A stretch of DNA of 42,099 bases from assembly GCA_903933395.1 (NCBI GenBank), contig CAIZKA010000082.1:1-42099 (forward strand), in the 5' to 3' direction. This DNA comes from an uncultured beta proteobacterium. Lineage in GTDB: Bacteria; Pseudomonadota; Gammaproteobacteria; Burkholderiales; Rhodocyclaceae. How positions within the stretch are numbered: position 1 is the stretch's first letter; the number at the start of each line of letters is the position of its first letter. Under the pieces are notes generated by a model, which saw only the letters and a program-made list of their open reading frames with translations, was not told where the DNA came from and searched no databases. Shown here one piece after another: positions 36,296 to 42,099 of the stretch. A program made the position numbers and the translations under genes.

Positions 36296-38620
36296 TCAGC
36301 CGCCGGCAATGATGGGGACCAGTCGCACCTGGTCGCCGCTGCTGAGCGCCCGGCTGCGTTCGCCGGAGAGCACCATTTCGCCATTTACCGTGACGTTCCA
36401 GGTCGGATCGTCGAGCGACGCCTGGGCCTGGGGCAGGTGGCGGCGCAGGGCCGTGCGCAGTTCGCTGACGTTGGCCACAGACTGGTCGATGACAATGGAT
36501 TGCTCCGGCGCTCCGGGCAGCGGCTGGGGCAACTCGACGCGCAGCGCGAAGCCGGTCGCGGCCAGCGCCAGTTTCTGGTGCCAGTCGGCGTGCGGCACGC
36601 CTTCGCTGTTGAGGCCGGTCAGTGCGTAAAAGCGCCCCTTCATGGCCTCGAACTCGCGGCGGTCGATCTTTTCGCCCTTGAAGGGGCCGCTGTCGATGGC
36701 TTCGTCGAACCAGCGGTCGGGCAGGGTGTCGTCGCTGGCGCGCAGGCCGATGCGGAAATTCAGCATGCGTTCAAGGCCGGTGATGTTGCGCCCGACCTCG
36801 TCGAGTTCTTCGGCGCTCACCGGCAGCCCGGTCATGGTGCTGATCTGGGTGGCGAAATCGCCGCAGTCGGGCAGGGTGGGCGAGTTGAACAGCTTGGTGT
36901 TGAAGCGGCACATGCCGACCGAGTCGCCGACGGCGAAGGTGTTTTCGCAGCGGCGCACGGCGATTTCCTTGCCTTCGTAGCTGTTCGGCTGCGGCGCCAC
37001 GGTGCCGCCGTAGAGCTGGGCCTTGAACGGCGCGTCGTCGTTGACGCGGGCGTTGATTTCCAGCGTGACGCGGTTGCGCAGGTGATCCATGCCGCGCGTG
37101 GCGACCGAGAGGCCCAGCGCGAAGGCCTTGAGGATGCGCGCGTCGTGCGGGTCGGACTGGAACAGGCCCTTGACCGCCATGCGGTATTCGAGCGCCGCCT
37201 GCGGATATTTGCCCTTGTCGACGGCGCGTGCCGAGTCGGCGATGGTGTCGCCGAAGCCTTCGCGCTTCGCCGTCATGAATAGCAGCTTTTCGATGGTCTC
37301 GTAATTGCCCCAGGACAGGTCGAGGCCGCCGGTGTGGCCGGCGTCGATGATGCCGCGCTGCCAGAGTTCCATGGCCCAGGAAATTGCGCTGCCGGTCGAG
37401 GCGGAGTCAAGGCCGAGGTCATTGAGGATGTTGTTCAGGCGCAGCACGTGTTCCGGTTCGCGCAGGCCGATCATCGGGCCGAACTTGCCGACCGTGACGT
37501 ATTCGGGACCGTCGCCCTTGTCGTATTTGTCGAACTTTCCGTCGCCCTTGATGCCGTTGTAGGTGCGCAACTTGTGGTGGTCGATGTCGGCCTGGGCCTT
37601 GTCGTAACTGGCGTTGCCCTTGAGTCCCATCAGGGCGGCCGAACCCCAGCCGCCCTTGCCCTCCGGCGTCATGTCGTTCTGGTTGCGGCACTGCACCGGG
37701 CACTTGAAGCAGCCGTCCATGGCCGGACGGTAGGGATCGAAATTGTCGGCATCGAGCGACTCGTGCCAGGCCGTGGTCTGGTTGTTCATCGTGCCCAAGG
37801 CGCCGAGGACGCGCGACGGCTTGTAGAGGAAGGGCGTGCCCACCTGCTTCAGCGCGTTCTTGATCACCGAGGTCGAGGTGATCTTCTTGCCGATGATCTT
37901 GTTGTGGGCCTTGAGTTCCTTGGCCATCGGCGCCTCGGCGGGCTTGCCCTGGATCATGATCGCCTTCAGGCGCAGCGCGCCCATCTTGGCGCCGCCGCCG
38001 CCGCGCGCCCAGATCGACTTGATGCCGCCCATGATGCCGCTGCACAGCACCAGATTCTCGCCGGCCGTGGTGATGCGGGCCAGCGCCATGTCCTTGCGTT
38101 CGGTGCAATGGAAATCGCGCTCGATGGCCGCGGCGGTGTCGAGGTTGTCCATGCCCACATAGGGCGTCGCGTCGAGGAATTCTATGTCTTCGTGGGAGAT
38201 TTTCAGCAGAGTCCACTGCGGCGCCAGGCCGTAGAGCACGATGTGGTCGTAGCCCAGGCGCTTGGTGAAGGCGGGGAAATAATCGCCTGCGCTGGCATCT
38301 AGAAAGGCGTAGCTATCCGGCGAACGGCTGGTGAAGTTGCCGCGCGTGGCCGAGGGCATGCTGCCGGTCAGCGTGCCGGCGCCGAAGATCAGCGGCACCT
38401 CGGGATCGAGCGCATCCTTGGTTTCATCCAGCAGGTTGTAGAGCAGCACCATGTTGGCGCCGCGGCCGCCGAGGAAAGTGCGCATGATTTCGGCGGGAAG
38501 GTACTTGCGGCGGGTTTCGCGGCGCTCCAGATCGACGAACAGCACCGCGCCCTGGGTCGGGTACTGCGGCGCATCGTGCATGCGTGCGCACAATTGCTCG
38601 ATTTTGGTCCTGACGCTCAT
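36296..38620 (-). CDS. Aldehyde:ferredoxin oxidoreductase (AOR/WOR) family W/Mo-pterin enzyme fused to a C-terminal MoaD/ThiS domain
   Basis: FLGGRG, AGENLV, ARGGGGAKMG.LRLKAI, CFKCPVQC, GPEY, DLGLD, RGMDHLR, GMCRF, ERMLNFRIG, DDTLPDRW. C-terminal ubiquitin-like domain ends VPIIAGG. Confidence 0.88.
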   Translation of the reverse strand: MSVRTKIEQLCARMHDAPQYPTQGAVLFVDLERRETRRKYLPAEIMRTFLGGRGANMVLLYNLLDETKDALDPEVPLIFGAGTLTGSMPSATRGNFTSRSPDSYAFLDASAGDYFPAFTKRLGYDHIVLYGLAPQWTLLKISHEDIEFLDATPYVGMDNLDTAAAIERDFHCTERKDMALARITTAGENLVLCSGIMGGIKSIWARGGGGAKMGALRLKAIMIQGKPAEAPMAKELKAHNKIIGKKITSTSVIKNALKQVGTPFLYKPSRVLGALGTMNNQTTAWHESLDADNFDPYRPAMDGCFKCPVQCRNQNDMTPEGKGGWGSAALMGLKGNASYDKAQADIDHHKLRTYNGIKGDGKFDKYDKGDGPEYVTVGKFGPMIGLREPEHVLRLNNILNDLGLDSASTGSAISWAMELWQRGIIDAGHTGGLDLSWGNYETIEKLLFMTAKREGFGDTIADSARAVDKGKYPQAALEYRMAVKGLFQSDPHDARILKAFALGLSVATRGMDHLRNRVTLEINARVNDDAPFKAQLYGGTVAPQPNSYEGKEIAVRRCENTFAVGDSVGMCRFNTKLFNSPTLPDCGDFATQISTMTGLPVSAEELDEVGRNITGLERMLNFRIGLRASDDTLPDRWFDEAIDSGPFKGEKIDRREFEAMKGRFYALTGLNSEGVPHADWHQKLALAATGFALRVELPQPLPGAPEQSIVIDQSVANVSELRTALRRHLPQAQASLDDPTWNVTVNGEMVLSGERSRALSSGDQVRLVPIIAGG

Positions 38621-38653
38621 TGTCCGTTCTCCATGGCAAACGCCGGCAATGAG

Positions 38654-38690
38654 AACAGTTTACTACGTCAATTGTTGGATGTCCATCTAT
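38654..38690 (-). promoter_or_regulatory. Sigma-70 promoter of the AOR-family gene overlapped by two imperfect inverted repeats (candidate MarR operators)
   Basis: Minus strand TGGACA-N17-TAAACT (38685-38657). Inverted repeats AACAGTTTAC-N3-GTCAATTGTT and ATTGTTGGA-N2-TCCATCTAT. Confidence 0.6.
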
Positions 38691-38732
38691 ATTGGCGGAA
38701 GCGGTGCGGCTCCGGGAGGGCTGCCGATGGTT

Positions 38733-39197
38733 TCAGCGGTGTTCGGGAAAGACTTTTTTCAGCAGGGCGAGGAAGGTTTCGCGCTCGGCTGCGCTGAAAT
38801 TCTGCAGCAGGCGCTTTTCGTGCTGGCTGACCTGGCGTTTCAGCTTGCGCAGCAAGACCGTCCCGGCATCGGTGAGGCGGATTGCGTTGGAGCGGCGGTC
38901 GTGCAAAGCGGCGCGCCGTTCCACCAGGCCGCGCCGCTCCAGGTTGTCGATGACGGTGACCACCGTCGAGCGGTCCAGGTGCGTGGCGCGGGCCAGTTCG
39001 CTTTGCTTGAGGTCGGGATTGGCCTCGATGATGACCAGCACGCCGAACAGGCCGGGCGTGACGTCCTCGCCGCCGGGGCCCTGTGCAAAATCCCGAAACA
39101 GGGCGATCTGCGCCATGCGCAACTGGTAGCCGACAAGGCCAGGCAGCAAGCCATAGTCGATGTCGGATTTTTTGCTCGGATCGGAGGTGGTGGGCAT
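38733..39197 (-). CDS. MarR family transcriptional regulator
   Basis: GYQLRMAQ, QSELARATHLDRSTVVTVIDNLERRGLVER, DRRS..IRLT..G. Confidence 0.92.
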   Translation of the reverse strand: MPTTSDPSKKSDIDYGLLPGLVGYQLRMAQIALFRDFAQGPGGEDVTPGLFGVLVIIEANPDLKQSELARATHLDRSTVVTVIDNLERRGLVERRAALHDRRSNAIRLTDAGTVLLRKLKRQVSQHEKRLLQNFSAAERETFLALLKKVFPEHR

Positions 39198-39250
39198 GGC
39201 GTGGCCTGGTCGGTTTGTTGCGGTCGGCGGACAAGATCACCCGCAGGCGG

Positions 39251-39280
39251 ATTATGGCGGCGCCAAATACCCTGCGTCAA
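39251..39280 (-). promoter_or_regulatory. Probable sigma-70 promoter of the marR-like gene
   Basis: Minus strand TTGACG-N18-CATAAT. Near-palindrome GTGGGAATTCCAC just upstream (39284-39296). Confidence 0.5.
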
Positions 39281-39359
39281 ATAGTGGGAATTCCACCAAA
39301 ACCGCGTTTGTACGTCTGGGCGTCTGCTACGCCACCGCGCAAGCCCGGATTGCCGTGCC

Positions 39360-39433
39360 CCCACGGTCGGCTCTGCATAGCCGACCGGCTTCGCGGGCGC
39401 AGAGCAGTGCTCTGCGAAACCCCCGCTACGCCC
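39360..39433 (-). repeat. Structured intergenic element, copy 2 (inverted relative to copy 1)
   Basis: Perfect 9-bp stem CGGTCGGCT/AGCCGACCG (39364-39387) and palindrome CGCAGAGCA-G-TGCTCTGCG (39398-39416). Aligns with 33871-33942. Confidence 0.7.
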
Positions 39434-39577
39434 AGCGCCGACTTTCGGCCCTCGGTCCGCTTCCTCAAGTTTGGGCTATCCGAGTTACGTGATCGTCAAT
39501 CCAATAAGGCTGCATCAGAACTTACTAACCCAATCAAAAATCCTTGGCGAATACCCGGTATATAAGTATGGATACAA

Positions 39578-41269
39578 TTGCCTGTGGAGACTTCAATTCA
39601 TTCGACAAGAAAAATAACCTTGGGCGTCGCCAAACTGGCCCTTTCTGCTGCGGGTATATTTCGACTGGACCGCTTGACGATCGGCGTGGTCTTGCTGTGC
39701 GCGGTAATGGGACCAACTTTTGCCGAAGACGAGTTGCATTTTCGGATCGAGCATTTTGCCATTGAGGGGAACAGCCTCCTTGCCACCGCCGCGATCGACG
39801 ATGTTCTTGACCCGGTGCGAGGCGACGCGAAATCCCTCAGGGATATTCTGACCGCAGTGCGGCAGCTTCGAAGCGCTTACCGTAACGAAGGCTATGAAGC
39901 GGTTCAGGTCGTTCTGCCCGAGCAGGACATAAGCAGTGGGGTCATCCGCCTTTTGGTCATTGAGCCCAGGATCACCGAAATCCGCGTTGATTACGGCACA
40001 AAGTCAGAGGCTGGCAACGGCAAGCCCCTTGATGCGACAGACATCGAACGCATCTTGCCTCCGCTGCGCATCGGGCAGACTCCGAACATTCACGCGATCG
40101 ATGCCGCCGTGCGTCTGGCCAACGAGAATCCTGCTCGCCGGATCCAGATCGAACTGGAGTCCATCGCCGGGAACAGCATACTGGCCCGCGTCAAAGTCGA
40201 TACCTTCCCGCCGCTCACATGGTTTTCCAGGCTGGACAATACGGGCTCAGCCGCGACCGGGCGTACGCGCCTGTCGGTCGGTTTCCAACAGGCAGACTTC
40301 GCCGGCAGCGATGGCCTGCTCGCCGGCCAGGTAAGCAGTTCGGTAGAACGTCCACGCAACAACGACAGCTACTCTCTGGGCTACCGGATTCCGTTCTTCG
40401 AACAAAAGCTGACGCTGGACTTCGTCGCCGGGCATTCCGACACCGATACCGGAACGACGGCCACTTCGGCCGGTGCCCTGCAATTCACGGGGCGCGGGGA
40501 CGTCTTCGCTGCCCGCCTCACCCGTCAGTTGCCGCCTGCCGGCCCGTGGGAACATTCGATCTTCGGCGGCATCGAGCACAAGGCCATGACCAACATCTGC
40601 TCGGTGGGCAGCTTTGGCGCCGCGGGTTGCGGCTCGGCAGGCGTAAGCCTGACACTCCAGCCGGCCAGCATCGGCTACAGCGCGAAGTACGCCGGCGAGG
40701 GCGCGCAGTTCCGCGGAGACCTGGCTTACTCGGCCAATTTCTCGTCCGGTACGAAGCAGCGGGACTTGTTCGCCCAGGCCCGTACCGGCGCCAAGCCGAA
40801 CTATGACGTGTTCCGCGCCCAGGGCGAAGTGGCGACGGCCCTTGGCGGCGGCTGGCAGGCGCGTAGCGTCCTGGCCGTACAGGAGACGTCGTTTCCTCTG
40901 GTGACGGCCGAGCAGTTCGGACTGGGCGGCGCGAATTCCATCCGCGGCTACGGCGAACGGGTACAGACCAACGACCGTGGCTGGCGCCTCGCTCTGGAAG
41001 CCTACACGCCCGGATTCGGCGACTGGTTCGATTGGCCGCCCGGCAATGTGCGGGCCGTGGTTTTTCATGATACCGGCGCCACCCGACGCAACAACGTTCA
41101 GCCCGGCGAGGCGTCCGGGACCCGCCTTGCCGGCGCCGGGGTGGGGGTGCGAATGTTCGTCGGCACGAACATCCAGGCCCAACTGGACTGGGCGAAGGCG
41201 CTGGTTACGAACGATGGCGTTCTGGCGGGGGATGACCGCGTGCACTTCTCCCTGGTTCTGAACTGGTAG
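39578..41269 (+). CDS. TpsB outer-membrane transporter (ShlB/FhaC/HecB family)
   Basis: POTRA-like start (FAIEGNSLL, YRNEGY..VQVVLPEQDI), DNTGS..TGR, GGANSIRGY, GAGVGVR, terminal aromatic residue. Start codon uncertain. Confidence 0.88.
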   Translation: MPVETSIHSTRKITLGVAKLALSAAGIFRLDRLTIGVVLLCAVMGPTFAEDELHFRIEHFAIEGNSLLATAAIDDVLDPVRGDAKSLRDILTAVRQLRSAYRNEGYEAVQVVLPEQDISSGVIRLLVIEPRITEIRVDYGTKSEAGNGKPLDATDIERILPPLRIGQTPNIHAIDAAVRLANENPARRIQIELESIAGNSILARVKVDTFPPLTWFSRLDNTGSAATGRTRLSVGFQQADFAGSDGLLAGQVSSSVERPRNNDSYSLGYRIPFFEQKLTLDFVAGHSDTDTGTTATSAGALQFTGRGDVFAARLTRQLPPAGPWEHSIFGGIEHKAMTNICSVGSFGAAGCGSAGVSLTLQPASIGYSAKYAGEGAQFRGDLAYSANFSSGTKQRDLFAQARTGAKPNYDVFRAQGEVATALGGGWQARSVLAVQETSFPLVTAEQFGLGGANSIRGYGERVQTNDRGWRLALEAYTPGFGDWFDWPPGNVRAVVFHDTGATRRNNVQPGEASGTRLAGAGVGVRMFVGTNIQAQLDWAKALVTNDGVLAGDDRVHFSLVLNW

Positions 41270-41283
41270 CAAGGCGCGAACAG

Positions 41284-42099
41284 ATGAGAAACCCGATCGC
41301 TCATCGTCAGCCAATCCGGGGCCTGACGCTATGCGCCGCCTTGGTGACCGCTTTCGCATCCGCGTTTTCGCAAGCACAGCTTCCCGCCGGCGCCAGCGTC
41401 GCGTTCGGCAATGCCAAAATCGCGACTGTCGGCAACGGCATGACGGTAACGAATAGCCCGAACGCCATTCTCAACTGGCAGAGTTTCAGCATTGGCCAGA
41501 ATTCCGCCGTGCGTTTTGTCCAGCAGAGTGCCGCCTCAAGCGTTCTCAATCGCGTCACCGGCACCGACCCCAGCACCATTCTCGGCAGCCTGAGCAGCAA
41601 CGGGCGGGTTTTCCTCATCAACCCCAACGGCATTCTCTTCGGACCGGGCGCAAGGATTGATGTCGCCGGCTTCGTAGCTTCGGCGCTCAACCTCACCGAC
41701 ACCGATTTTCTGGGCGGCAAGCTGGCATTTAGTGGCGGGACCGGGGCGCTGACAAACAGAGGCGAAATCAGGACGCCGGCGGGCGGCCACGTCTATCTGA
41801 TCGGAAATGCAGTCACGAACGAAGGCGTCATCACCAGCCCGGGAGGTGAAGTGATCCTCGCGGCAGGCAACAGTGCCACGCTGCTCGACACCGGAACGCC
41901 CAACGTCACGGTGAGCCTCAAGGCCTCGGACAACCATGCGCTCAACGTGGGTCAAATCGTCGCCGAGGGCGGCAGCGCCAACATCTACGGCGCGCTGGTC
42001 CGCAACGCCGGCATCGTCAGCGCCAGCAGCGTCGTGAACGAGGGCGGGCGCATCGTCCTGCGAGCCACCCGGCGCGTCGACCTCGCCGAAACCAGCCAG
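41284..42099 (+). CDS. TpsA filamentous-haemagglutinin-family exoprotein (3' truncated by window edge; absent from ORF track)
   Basis: Hand translation from ATG 41284: signal peptide ...AFSQA-QLPAG, then ILNWQSFSIG, VLNRVTG.DPS.ILGSLSSNGRVFLINPNGILFG (TPS domain). Frame open to the window end. Confidence 0.9.
   Translation, partial: MRNPIAHRQPIRGLTLCAALVTAFASAFSQAQLPAGASVAFGNAKIATVGNGMTVTNSPNAILNWQSFSIGQNSAVRFVQQSAASSVLNRVTGTDPSTILGSLSSNGRVFLINPNGILFGPGARIDVAGFVASALNLTDTDFLGGKLAFSGGTGALTNRGEIRTPAGGHVYLIGNAVTNEGVITSPGGEVILAAGNSATLLDTGTPNVTVSLKASDNHALNVGQIVAEGGSANIYGALVRNAGIVSASSVVNEGGRIVLRATRRVDLAETSQ

Overview
GC-rich bacterial chromosome segment; codon style and gene content suggest a denitrifying betaproteobacterium of the Rhodocyclales/Sterolibacteriaceae type (inference). 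Left end: a beta-oxidation operon (acyl-CoA dehydrogenase, thiolase, FadB/J). It is followed by a SulP-STAS-cNMP transporter, nnrS, a membrane Ser/Thr kinase and a chimeric nnrS/ior pseudogene scar. The core (18-35 kb) matches in content and order the anaerobic indole-3-acetate (auxin) degradation cluster iaa of Aromatoleum/Azoarcus: GntR, thiolase, CoA ligase, hydantoinase A/B, acyl-CoA dehydrogenase, split B12 mutase, xanthine-dehydrogenase-family trimer, family III CoA transferase, and a divergent MeaB GTPase. Downstream of it lie two different indolepyruvate oxidoreductases, one an IorA carrying an inserted GltD-like FAD/NAD(P) module. Upstream lies a MarR-linked AOR-family enzyme fused to a C-terminal MoaD/ThiS domain. 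Together these suggest an extended tryptophan/indolepyruvate-to-aminobenzoyl-CoA catabolic island. Non-coding highlights are two REP-like palindromes bracketing the molybdoenzyme genes and two diverged copies of a structured ~70-nt element with compensatory base changes. The window ends in a two-partner secretion pair. All calls were made by eye from motifs; no database searches were run.
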